A stretch of 64,000 nucleotides of DNA from Moniliella sp. 'wahieum' (Eukaryota). The notes beneath the pieces are model-generated. The model saw nothing but the letters and a program-made list of their open reading frames with translations, ran no database searches and was not told the origin of the DNA. Made by a program: the position numbers and the translations under genes. Each line of letters opens with the position of its first letter. The stretch's first letter is position 1. Location: assembly GCA_003971905.1 (NCBI GenBank), contig RSEE01000134.1:62001-126000 (forward strand), given 5' to 3'. Shown in pieces: positions 38,437 to 53,178 of the stretch.

Positions 38437-39097
38437 ATACCCATACCATACATCCTGTCCCGCAGCGCGCGCATCAGCCTTGGCCCCGACGTGCCCCAGC
38501 TCGCGCACGTGCATCGTCTTGGGCGCCGCGACGACCGGATCCACAGTCACGTCCCACCCGGCCTCAGGCTCTTCCCCGTCCCACTCGTCCTCAGCCAACA
38601 GCGCCGCCACTTCTTCCGGCGACTCTTCCAGGATCACACTGTGATGCCGCACAGGCGTCCAGTACGACCCATCCTCGCTCTCGCCCGCCGCCGCGGCGGG
38701 GGGAAGCGGAAGTGGCACAGCCGGCGGCGCCGACTGCGCCACCGCCGCCTCACGCGACGGCACAGCAGGCAACTTTTCCGCCCCACCTGCCTGGTCCCAG
38801 CCTAACGGCATCCAAGCCGGGTCCTGTGCTTGTGCTTGTAAGTGTGCCTGTGCATGGCCCTGTGCCTGGGACTTCGACCCGTACCCCAACGCCAAATTCG
38901 GCGATTCGGCCGCGGACGCGCCCAGGTCCGTGCCCAGGTTCAAGCCCAGTCCCAAGCCCAGCCCGAGCCCGACCGTCTCGACCGCTCCGTCGCCATCGGC
39001 GCACCCAGCCCCGTACTCGAACTCGTGGCCGTGGCCATGACCGTGGTTGTACTCGTGACCGTTCACTTGGCTGGCAGGGTCCAACTCACCGCCCTCG

Positions 39098-39186
<89 letters not shown>

Positions 39187-42100
39187 GACGCACGGCACCA
39201 ACGTCGGCGTTAGCGACGCACAGGGGCTAGCGGGTCGCGGGACATGCCGTTCCGCGCTCTGGGCCTGTTCGCGCTCCTGCTCCCGTTCCGCACTCGCGAC
39301 GGACGCACCACGACCCGCGGACGAAACCCACGTGCCGTTGGCGCCGGTGCCGGTGCTGGCGGCGTGGGCAAGACAGGGAGGTGCGTGCAAGGTACGGGCG
39401 GGGTGACGGTCACGACGGGCGTGCGCAGGCCACGGGGCACAGCGGTTGCTGGCCCAGCGGGAACGGGAGAGTGAGCAGGAGCAGGAGAGTGAGGGGGCGG
39501 GAGAGTGAGCGGGAGAGCGGGGGGAGAGTGGGCGGGAGAGGGAGTAGGGCCCGGGGAGAGTCCGGGGAGAGGGTGAGGCCCAGTGCGCCCGGGTGGGAAG
39601 GGTAGCCAGGCGCCGGCACCGAGGCAAAGGCGCGTGCTGAAGTGGGCGTGTGTGGGTGCAGGAGCGGGCTGGTACCGGGCCCTGGGACTGGACTTGGACC
39701 GTCGCGTGGCACGGCAGAGGCGGGGTGCGGCGCGTGGGGCGAGAGCGAGCGCAGGGCCAAACCCGAACCCGAACGCGAACCCGGAGCGGGAGCTGAAGCG
39801 GGAGCAGAAGCTGAAGCAGAAGCTGAAGCTGAGAGAGAGGGAGAGGGAGAAGCCGAAGCTGAGGTGGCAGTCGACGTGGGCGTCACGGTCCGTGGAGAAG
39901 GAGAAGAAGGTACAAGGCGGAGTGAGCAGCGCCAGTTGGCTCCGGCGCGACGAGGAACGACGAGACGATCGACGAACCGGTACGTCGTCCCACGCTTGGC
40001 CTGAAAACGCAGGTGAAGTGTCGGGTACCGCGGGCCACGCCCACGCAGTAGGCGGCGCAGTGGGCAGCCGCTTGTCACCCAACGGTAACGGCGACCGCCC
40101 GGGCGACGGTAACGACAATGGCGACCGCGCTGGCGACGACGACGGTAACGGTGACCGCGACGATACCGCTAACGGCGAGCGGGCCGGGGACGGTGTCGCG
40201 TGGCCTGCCGAGCGTGATGAGACCGCGCGGACGGCGAGAGGCGCGGCGGCGAAGGCGAGGGCAGGACCAAGTCGTACTTTTCCGGGGGCAGGTGCGGGCT
40301 GCGCGGGCTGTGCGGACTGCGTTTGCTCTCTTCGCTGTGCGAGGGCGATACGGCGGAGTTGTGTGGTGTGGTGTGCGCGGGCGTAGGTGTAGCTGTGGAT
40401 GTAGCTGTAGCTGTAGGGGTAGGTGTAAGTGTAGGTGTAGGTGCAGGTGCAGGCGCAGCCAGCCCACGCGTCCCGCTCGTTCCGTCCATGGGGGCTGGAG
40501 AGCGGCAAGCCGAACGGGACCGCAACGTCGACCGGGCCATGGGCTGCTCGGTGTCCGTCTGCTCCGTGGCCGCGTGGGCGTCAATGATGGTCGTGTCGCC
40601 GGCGCCAAGAGTGGTGTCCGCGACGGTTGTGTCGCCGGCGCCGATGGTGGCGTCCGCAATGGACGTGTCGAGCGTCTCCGAGACCGAGGTGAGGGAGGAC
40701 TGGCCAGGGGGGTTGAACAGGCCCTTGCCCTGCGCCTGCGCCAAGGCGTCCTGCCAGTGCAGCCCGAAACTCAGCCGCGAAGTAAACGTGAGCAGCGGCG
40801 AGCCGGTGGTGGAGATGGCGCCTTGCACCAGAGGCCGATCGTTAGGCGGCGCAAGCATGTTCCCATCCGCGTGCCTCGTCGTCGTTCTTCTTGTTCTTGC
40901 TCTTTTTCTTGCTCGTGCTCGTGCTCGTGCTCTTGTTCTTGCGCTTGCTCTGGCGCAGTGCAATCCAAATCCAACCCGATGCCCAGTCCCAGGCCTAATG
41001 TGTCGCCCTCATGCAACGGTGGCAGCGGTAAGGGCTTGATGGACGAGCCGGCGCCCGATCCCGATCCCGAGCCCGAGCCGGGAGGGAGCGACATGGACAC
41101 CGTTTCGGAAATCGTCGTGGCGGGGTGGAGGGCGCGACCGAGTCCGTGGGCTCCATCTCGGCTGCCCCGCAGTATGCACCGCACTGCTCATCGTCGTCGT
41201 TGTCAAGGTGCGTGCCGTCAGGCCCGGGGGCGAGGCATGAGCGTCCCCTGCCACATCGGGGCCCGCTGCGGTGCGCGACGGCGCCAGCGCCAGCGGCTGC
41301 GATAGTGGCTGACCGGCGCATGGGAATGGGCATGGGCATGGGCATGGAATGGGAATGGGCATGGGAATGGGAATGGGAACTAGTGGGCGCAGCGGCAAGC
41401 AGTGGGTCGGGCTGGTCCTGGTTCAAGGAGGACGCGTTGGAGGTGGTCGGTCCGACGAGGGGAACGAGTAGCCGTGTTCGGTCCCGGCTGACGAGACCCA
41501 GGATAGGACCGATTGGCGTTTCTCTTGTGCGCTGAGCGTGGGCAAGGGGGAACGGAACGGGCCTTGGGCCGGCTGCGGCGACGCGCTGTCCAGCGCCGGC
41601 GAGGCGAGCCAGTGCGCGACACAGGCGTCTATGCCATTGGCCGTGTGCGCCGTCGCAGTGGTGGCGGTGCTGATTCGCGTGCCTGCTTGCGCAATCGCGA
41701 GCGGAACAGTGGGCTGTCGCCCCGGGCTGGATTGGGCGACGGCGTCAGCTCCGAGCTGGGGCTCGCCGACCCAGCGGCGGCAGCGTCGGCGTAGCTTCTG
41801 TATCGTTGACAGTCGATGCTGGAGGTGGGACAGCGGCCGTACGCAGCAAGTCGAGCGGGCTGGGCGTCGGAGCTGGCAGTTGACGAAGGTGCGGTGTCAG
41901 CTCGGACGAAGGCGCCGGGGCAAACGCATCGTTCAACCGCACCCACGCACTATCCGACAGAGACGCCGAGGTGGACCCGTCGTCGATCCAAGGCGTGGTG
42001 GACGGGACATCTTGCGAGGTAGGCGGTAAGGGCCGCGTGTAGGCGCGGGCGGGAGAAGGCGTGGAGGAGGAGGAGGAGAGGTCCGAGGTGGAGCGGGCGG

Positions 42101-43195
42101 CCAAGGCGGCACCCAAGGAACTCAACAGCGTTTGCGACGCAGGCGAGCATTTCCACCTGCTGGTGGTGGCGGGGGCACGGGGGATGGCCCGAGGGACGGA
42201 GGCGCGTCGGGATGGACCGCTGACAGGGGCGAATCGCGCGAGAGCCAACTGGTCACGGCGTCAAAATCGGCTGGGCTCCAACTGGGAGGAAGACAGGCTA
42301 GGGTGGGAACAACGAGGTCAGCTTTCCCTGACACACACAGGCGATGACGGAAGGGGGGGGGGGGGACGTACTGGCAAGAGAGGTGTAGCTGACGGAGCGG
42401 CTTCGTCGGCGGGTGTGGCGCAGCGAGGAGCACGAGTCGACGTCGGGCAGGGCCAGGAGCTTGGCCGGGGCAGAGGCGAGGCCGGGCGGGCCCGCGTTCT
42501 TGGCGGCAGGGGCGGCGGGCAGGCGGGCGGGGCACGCTGGGGGCGGGCCGGGGGCAGGCTGAGGGCGGGGGACGCGGGGTGGTGCTGGCGTTGGAGGGGG
42601 TATGGGTGTGGGTAGAGGAGGCGAGGGGGCGGGTAGACGCCGCGGTAGGCCTGCGGGGGCGAGGCGCTGGCCTCGGAGGGGGAGTAGAAGACGTGGCTGG
42701 TCTGGAGGCTGGTGGCCCAGCTGATGGCGCTGCCCTGGTGGTGTGTGCTGGTGTGGATGTGGGTGGGAGGGGGGGCACGGGGGGCATGGGTGCTGCTGCT
42801 GGGCCGAGGCGAGCAGGTTGGAGTCGGAGCGGGCCGAGGCGCGGCGGTAGAGGGCGGCGGGGGAGGTGCGGGGCGGGGTGAGGGGCGCGGGAGGGGGAGG
42901 GCGGCGTAGAGGGGCGTGGAGCGGGGTGGCGTAGATGGAGGCGGAGGTGGCGGTGGAGGAGGAGGGGTTGCTGGTGTGGCGCGGGGCGTAGTGCCGGTGG
43001 TGGTGGTGGTACTACTGCTGCTGTGCTGCTGCCGCCGAGCTTGTGGAAGAGGCGGGCGAGGCGGCCCGAGCCGGCGGAGCCGCTGGTGCGGCGGCCGGAG
43101 GGGGGCTGGGCGGGCGGGAAGGAGGGTGGGGGGGGGCTGGGGAAGGGCATGGGCATGGGCGCGGGCATGGACATGGGCATGGAGGGGCGCGACAT
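37879..43195 (-). CDS. Large low-complexity (Pro/Ser/Gly-rich) hypothetical protein with dipeptide-repeat tracts
   Basis: ATG at 43195 gives MSRPSMPMSMPAPMPMPFPSPPPP...SGRLARLFHKLGGSS. Intron donor GTACGT at 42371 with a GCTGAC branch site. Coding-like segments continue through frameshifts, e.g. PLLTFTSRLSFGLHWQDALAQAQG and DGSYWTPVRHHSVILEESPEEVAALLAEDEW. Boundaries, and whether this is one gene, are uncertain. Confidence 0.5.
38385..38451. repeat. (CCCATA)n hexamer microsatellite
   Basis: About 10 copies, slightly degenerate toward the right end, read directly. Confidence 0.95.
39090..39187. repeat. (TCACCC)n hexamer microsatellite encoding a Glu-Gly repeat on the minus strand
   Basis: About 14-15 copies; the minus-strand ORF reads EGEGEGEG... 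Confidence 0.95.
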
Positions 43196-45749
43196 GGCGG
43201 GGAGGGGGGGGGGAGATGGTGGTGGTGGTGGTGGTGGTGGTGGTGGATGCTTTTCGGGCGGAGGCGCGTCGGACGGGGGGCGGCCGACTGGGACGCGTTC
43301 AACGTTGGATGCGGGCGGCACAATTTGACAGGTGCGGTTGCATGCAAGCAGTAGATGCAGGGGGCGCAGCGCCATCAGCCATCGGCCACCGATCGCTCAC
43401 CCATCGTGCTTGCTCCCGCGCCGCGGGCACGGGGCCACTCGTGCCGCCGCTCAACTCTACGCGGGTGCGCAGCACACTGGCGCGCTGCCGGGCGGCTGCT
43501 GCTGGAATGTGCGCTCCCACCGCGGCGCCCGCACAGGCGCAGTGTGGGGGATGCTGCGCCCGCGTGCCGGAGGCAGCTGCGTCGACAAGCGTGCCGCCAG
43601 CGTGGCAGCCCGGCGCAGCGCCTGCGCGCTGACCATGCACGGGGCATGCCCGGCGCATGCAGCCGATCGGCCCTCTGCGTGCCGATCGCGGCAGGCGGAC
43701 TGGGCCAGTGCCTGAGATCTGAGATGTGAGTCTGAGGCCCAGGCGGATTGGCATGCAGTATGCACGCCCCCTGGCAGCATCTGCCCCCTGCCAAGCCCAC
43801 CCGCCTGCCTGCGCGCCCGCTCTCATTCCCATTCCGATATCTCCTATTAGTGCCTCCATTGTCCGCGCCAGGCCACAGATCCCACATGCCACCTGCCACC
43901 TGCCGCCCACGTCCCCCTCCCGTGCGCGTCGCCTCCTGTCCCACCACCCGCACACCCCACCGTCACCTTCTCCATCCGGCATGCCCCCCCTCCGCCCATC
44001 AAACACCGCATCCATGTGCCACGCCATGCCACGCACCGCGTCCGACACGTCGTCCTTCCCCTTCAGGATGCGCCCGCCGCTGCGGTCCATGCCATGCCAT
44101 GCCACTCTGGCACGCGACACGTAACAGCTACCATTCTCGCTCTCCCTCCCACCAGCGGCGCAGCGATTCAACCGCACCCAGCACTGCGTACTCATCCGTA
44201 CTCGTACTCAGTACGCTCTCTCATGCTCTCATACCCATCCATTCCCAGTGCCTGGTGATCTGGCACCCACACTCCTGGGTTTCGTCTACGTGACGGTGAC
44301 GTGTGACGGTGACATGTGACGTTTGACAGCGGGGATCTGCATCTGACAGCCCCAGTCGGGCAGCAAGTAAAAAGACAGCGGTGCGCGGACGGGTGTGTGC
44401 GAGGTGCGCGAATGTGGTGCACGCCTACGCCTAAGGCCTACCATCGATCGACAGAGAAACGCAAATGCCGTTTGCGGAAAGAAACTGAGAACAAGAGTCG
44501 CTGCATCTGGCAGAGGGTTACGCCATAAGGACTAACGTCCTAACCCTTAAACGTTACACGTTGCACGTTACACCTTTTACACCTTAGCGTTTAACGTTAA
44601 TGTTAGTTGCCTCTTCACATGCTTCACAGGGCGACCATTGCCCGCGCCGGGTGTTCGGTCAAGCTGACCTGACGCCCTGACGCCCTCGGCCTGACCGATT
44701 AGCAGTGGTCACCACTCCTATATGTCCACGTACTACTTGCCCTATTTTGGTAGATCGTTTTGTCCCTTCCAACTCCAGTAGTCCTTCCCGACCTATAGTC
44801 ATAAGAACCTACTCTCCGCGTAACGCGTAACCGGTACCCCCTCCCGACTGAGATTTCCCTCTGGTTTTCGCCCTATCGGGCAAGGCAGGCCATGCTGTCT
44901 CGGTTTCTCATCATCAACTAATCCACCGTGCCAAAAGCACGGTGTGACAGAGTCATCACTCTTGGATTCTTCCGTGAAAGGCAAGAGTGGAGTTATAACC
45001 TGTGAAAAACCAGAGAGTAGGCAGCGGAGGGTGGATTAAGGATTGCATTGCACACGAGCTACAGGCCGAGAGGCTAGAGAAGGTTCCTGCCGCCAGGAAG
45101 GAATCTTGCACGGTACGAACGTTCAAGCTTCAAGTCGGACGTTCAGTTGAGCCCAAAGCTTCCCCGCTTTGGGCCCCCGGGGGCGCCACTACAACGTTCC
45201 TTGTCACAGGCCTAGGTAGCGCCGCTGGCGAGGGGCCAGGAAGATGTGGCAGTCCATGCTAATTGAAGGAGAACTACTTAGACTCTATGGGCTCGGAGGT
45301 CAGCGGTTGAAGCTGGTGCAAGGTCCGAGACGCACTGCTTCGACACACTGAATGGATCCTCCTCGACACCGACACCGACATCGAGACACCAGACGCCCAA
45401 TCCTCCCATGGAACGGACACCGTGGCCCTTGCCCCATCGGACGGGGGTCACCAGTCATGCATCCATCCATGCTGGACCGCGAAGGGGGGGGGGGGGGGGG
45501 TACCAGGCGCTATTACCCGCCCATGCGCGCGCGTCGGACTCACGATGGTCCACCAAGTGTCCCACGCCGGGAGGGGGTGTACGGGACGGATGGCTAGTTC
45601 TATAGAAGCAACTCTGTCTCGCAGCATTTTCGCTCTCTACCTCCCACGCGCCAAGAGAGCAAGAGGGCTAGGGGGGAGGGAGGGGCTATTGTACCAAAAG
45701 ACCAAACGCCCGGGGGAAGGTATTCTTGCTTGGTATGAATATGCCTTAC

Positions 45750-47064
45750 CTATCTTGGTGCTGGTTCCACCGGCGCATCCTGTTCGGACGTTGGCGCTGG
45801 GGCCGAGCGGGTCCAGAGATCGGTTTTGCAAAACATGGCGAGCAGCATCACGGCGGGCAAATGCCAGAGGGAGGTGAGGAAACATTGGCGGGCCGACTTG
45901 TTGTCGGCGTAGCGGTAAAAGCGCCAGGAGGTGCGAAGGAGCGCCAAGTTGGGCAGGAGCGAGAGCGCAGCAAATGCCGGTACGACCGCGGGGGTCGTGC
46001 CGACCCAGGGGAGCGCGAGACAGGTGGGGATGAGCACGAGCGCATACCGCATCGCCGTGCGCCGGTTCAGCCCCGGGTTCAGCACCGACATCATCCGGTA
46101 CGCCCCCGCGCGCATAGTCCGAGCACAGCGTGTGGCTCAGCGCATTAAAGTGCGGGAACTGCCAGGCAAACAGGATGAGCGCCAGCATCCAGGCTGGCGC
46201 ATCGGCAAGACTGGTCAAACTGCCGTTGGTCACCGCGGCCCAGCCCATGAGCGGCGGAATGGCGCCGACCAAACTGCCGACCCAGGTATTGACAATGTGC
46301 AAGCGCTTGAGCGGGGTGTAGATGAACGAGTAGAGCACAATGTTGCCTGCGCCCAAGAGTGCGACGGTCGGATTGACCAGCGTGGCGAGCATCGTTACCC
46401 CGCTCACGGCGGTCGCAGTGGCAAACAGCGCTGCACGCAGGTGGGTCGTCTGCCGCGCCGGGAGGGGCCGGTTGCGCGTGCGCACCATCTGCGCATCGTA
46501 CGGCGCTTCGAGAAACTGGTTCAACGCATTCGCCGCACAGGAACACAGGCCCATGCCAGCTGTCAACGACAGCAGCGTCGCCACGCTCGCCCCGGCACTC
46601 AGGCTGGCCGGCACAAGCGCGTACCCGGCCATGCCAGTCAACATCATCAGGAACGTCAGCCGCGACTTGGACAGTGCCTTGCATGCTCCAACACGCGCCG
46701 CGCCGTTGCGCGCGGTACGGGCACCCACCCGGGCGCGAGCGCTTGGCCGGGCACCGCCCACGCATGCGCATCGGGCCGATCGCCATGGTAGCCGACAAAC
46801 GTGCGCTTGGGGTCGTTGGACGGCGTTGCGTACGCGGCGCGCAAGGACGCCAGCAGCTCGGCGGTGCGCCGCGCGCTCCCCACGCCCGGCCGAGCGTGGG
46901 AGGAAGAGCTCGACGAGCCCGGGCTTGCGCGTGGAAGCAGGAGAAGGAGAAGAAGGAGGAGGCGACGAGGCGACGGACGAGAGGGGGCGCGACACGCACG
47001 GCCTAGGGAAGGCGGAGGAGAGGAGGCGGGCGGGCGGGTATAAGAGGGGCGCACGCCGCAGCAT
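45750..47064 (-). CDS. COX10: Protoheme IX farnesyltransferase (heme O synthase), mitochondrial
   Basis: ALSKSRLTFLMMLTGMAGYAL, ANALNQFLEAPYDAQMVRTRNRPLP, NIVLYSFIYTPLKRLHIVNTWVGSLVGAIPPLMGWAA and LFAWQFPHFNALSH...DYARAGYRMMSV. Mitochondrial presequence MLRRAPLLY... Confidence 0.96.
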
Positions 47065-47319
47065 GCCTGCGCACAGCGTGGAGGTGGGGGAGAGAAGACA
47101 ACAAGGCCGATGGCAGCGGCTGGGACAAGTAGTAAGTGCTTCGGCTGTGTCTGGGGGGGAACATCCATCCATCCATCCCACGGCCAGCCAATTTGCAATG
47201 TTCAATCTGCCTCGGCGGAACGCCGGAACGACGCCCGCTGCGTTTGAAAGTTGCACCGCCGAGAGAGGAAAAAAAAACCAGAAAACGCTGCCCCCACAAA
47301 ACACCTTCTCCGCAACACC

Positions 47320-50446
<3,127 letters not shown>

Positions 50447-50579
50447 GACGTTCGGACGGAGCCCGAGCGCCGGCAAGCGGATGGGAATCAGATGCATTTG
50501 ACATGTGAAATGGAGATCCATCGTTAATCAGTGCAGTTGGTAAGGGCAGATAGCGTTCCGTGGACAAGGACAGAGCGTT

Positions 50580-51945
50580 CTACGTGCGAGGAGGTCCTGC
50601 TGTGTGGGGGGAGGGAAAGAGGGAGGGGGAGGGAAAGAGGGAGAAGGAGAGCAACTTGCTTCCTAATGCGATAGAGCCGTCTTGGTCGCTTTTCAAAACG
50701 TGACAAAGAGCGCGGCGTTGGCCGGCCGGGACGGCGCGGACGAGGGTGGTGCCGAGGCCACGGAAGAAGGCGCGCACGCCGCCGTCGCGGTACACCTGCT
50801 TGATGGCCGCCGCCATGCCGGGCAACTTTTGTCCCGCTTCCTCCGCCGCACACGACCCGCCAACGACCGGCGCCGCTTGCATCCGCGTCTTGACCACGTC
50901 CAGCGGAAACGTCGCGGTCCAACCAATGCACGGCCCGCGCACCCGCCCGACAGCGCCAGTTCCAGTGGGCTGAGGTGCGACGCAGCCGAGCCCGGGGACA
51001 AGGGCGTGCCCGTCAGACCACCCGTATGCCCGCCAACCACCGATTCATCAGCTCGTACGAAAAAAAGTACGGGCCGTAGCCTAGGTCGCGCAGCGCCGTG
51101 ATGCCCAGCCCGCGGTACAGCATCCGCCCCGCCCACGACGCCACCTCCACCGCCACCGGCTTCTGCACGCGCGAAGGCCGCCCAGAGGGTAGAGATGGTG
51201 CGGCAGGTATGGGCCCACTGCGCCGCTGCGGTGCGTGTCCATCGACGCCACGGGTGCACCGCGCCGGCTCCCGTGCCCGCGCCGCCGTCTGCGCGCGGCG
51301 CCAGCCGCCCAAAATCCATTTGCTCCTGGATCTTGATCAGGTCAATTGGCGCGGTGATGAACGCACACAGCACCCCGGACCCACACCCCGCAAGAAAAAA
51401 TGTGCGCCAGACTGGGCTCGGTCAAGCCGGGTGTCATTGCCCCGCCTTGGCTTCCGCTTCCAGGTCCGAGGCCCAGTCCCAGTCCGTCCACGCGCCCGGG
51501 CGGACAGAGGTCTTGCACCGTGCGCAGACACAGCGAGTACGTGCCAAAGATGGCCGCGTTCATCAATGCCACCCCTAACAGCGGCGACGTCACGCCCTTG
51601 TACAGCCCGACCACTTTTTCCTCCTTGAGGATCACACGGAACGCATCCAGCGCGCCGCGGTATCTGTGCGGGGGGGAAGACACAGAGGGCACAGAGGGCA
51701 CGGGAGACCCGGGCGCGGCGGCGGCGGCGAGGAGCGGGGTGCGCTCGGCGGTGCGCGGCAGGACGGGCGCGGACGCGGACGCGGACGCGGACACGGACAC
51801 GGGGGTGGACACGCCGACGGGGTGCTGCGGCTGGGCCTGCAGACGCGTCTTGACGGTGTCGAAGGGGTGGGAGGCGAGAGGCTGGCAATGCCACCGGCGG
51901 TGCGGCGACAAAGTCGACCAGCGCCGAGGGCGCCGTCGAGGCCAT
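50580..51945 (-). CDS. Mitochondrial carrier (SLC25) of the carnitine/acylcarnitine-basic amino acid subfamily (SLC25A20/29/45, YMC1-like)
   Basis: Three Px[DE]xx[KR] signatures: HPFDTVKTRLQ, APIDLIKIQEQ and FPLDVVKTRMQ. Also YRGALDAFRVILKEEKVVGLYKGVTSPLLGVALMNAAIFG, LYRGLGITALRDLGYGPYFFSYE and FFRGLGTTLVRAVPANAALFVTF. The 3' end is approximate. Confidence 0.88.
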
Positions 51946-52147
51946 GTCCGCCTGCGCCTGCGCCATCGCCACTGCGGACTCCAGCCAACGCACGTGCGAG
52001 CCAGGCGGGGCGACGTGGTGTCCACCATCGGAACCCCCCTTCCGCTGCCGGCTTCCGGGCCGCCTGCCACCCGACATGCATCGGTGCAACGCATCATCAC
52101 CCCCACATCACATCTCCTATTTCGATACCAGAGGGTTACCAGAGAGG

Positions 52148-52968
52148 AGGCTGGTGGGGTACAATCCCTTCGGTGAGGACCACTCAAGGTAGTTTCGGGT
52201 TTGGGCTATTTGATAGAACCTAGTAGCCGAGGAGAAGCCTTTGGGCGTGAAGCCGTGACGGCCGAACGCGTGGCAAGGCTGCATATGCACCAGCTTGGGT
52301 CATAGTAACGTGTCTGAAGCCTATACGACGGGGCTTAGGGACGGGTAGAGGCAGTGGAGGACAAATACTGCCAGAGCTGAGGCAGGGCAGGGACAGCTGT
52401 CGACGTGGCTGGAAAGGAACCCACGCGATATACTGTGGTAGGGGGAGTCGACACCGCTGAAGGAAGGCTCGCGCGGCTGGGCGGATGGAGAGCTGGAGAA
52501 CGAGGCTGGAAGATGAGGAGGGGAGGTAGCTAAGTGGAGACGAGGGGTTGCCTGTACCCAATCAATTGGCTGGAAACGGTCAGGAGTTGGACAAAAAGAC
52601 GGGAAGTGCCGAGCCGAGAATGGAAGTGGGATAAAGGATCCCAATTGATCGAGGATGCTGACTGTTGATTGACCCTTAGGCATCGCACTGGCATAGATGT
52701 TGACAGACAAGGCGTGAAGGCAAAGTGGCGAGCTACAAGTCTTCAAGCAACGTCTGAAGGGAAGGAGACAGGAGAGAGCGAAGGGAGGGAGCGAGCAGGA
52801 CGTGCGCGGCCTGCAGCGGAAACTCTTTCGACCGGCTAAGCGAGCGTCGCCGATCCCGCACTGAGACTGAGGGCCGTGCAAAGGCAACGTAGCACTACAC
52901 TCCCACAGAACTTAAGCAAGCGGAGGCTGCGAAGGCACTCAGAATATCATCGGATAGCACTTGCTCGT
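52148..52968. mobile_element. Dispersed repeat copy B (longer copy), probable degenerate transposable element of unknown class
   Basis: Homologous to 25462-25870 but with two extra segments (~52210-52445 and ~52632-52800). It has lower GC than the flanking genes and no intact ORF. Confidence 0.8.
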
Positions 52969-53178
52969 GTCACATGTCCCTACGCGTTGCTAGCTATTGC
53001 TCCTCCCCTCGTGGGTTTGTCTGCCTGCTTCATCTCGTGTATGATCGATTAGGGTGGGCATGAACACAAGCCCAGCACAGGGAACCCGCGAATTATCACT
53101 AACTAGGTGGTGCACAGTTTGGCTCTCGGTATACATAACGCGTATAACGCGCAAGGCAAAACGCCAGCCCGAGCGCGC

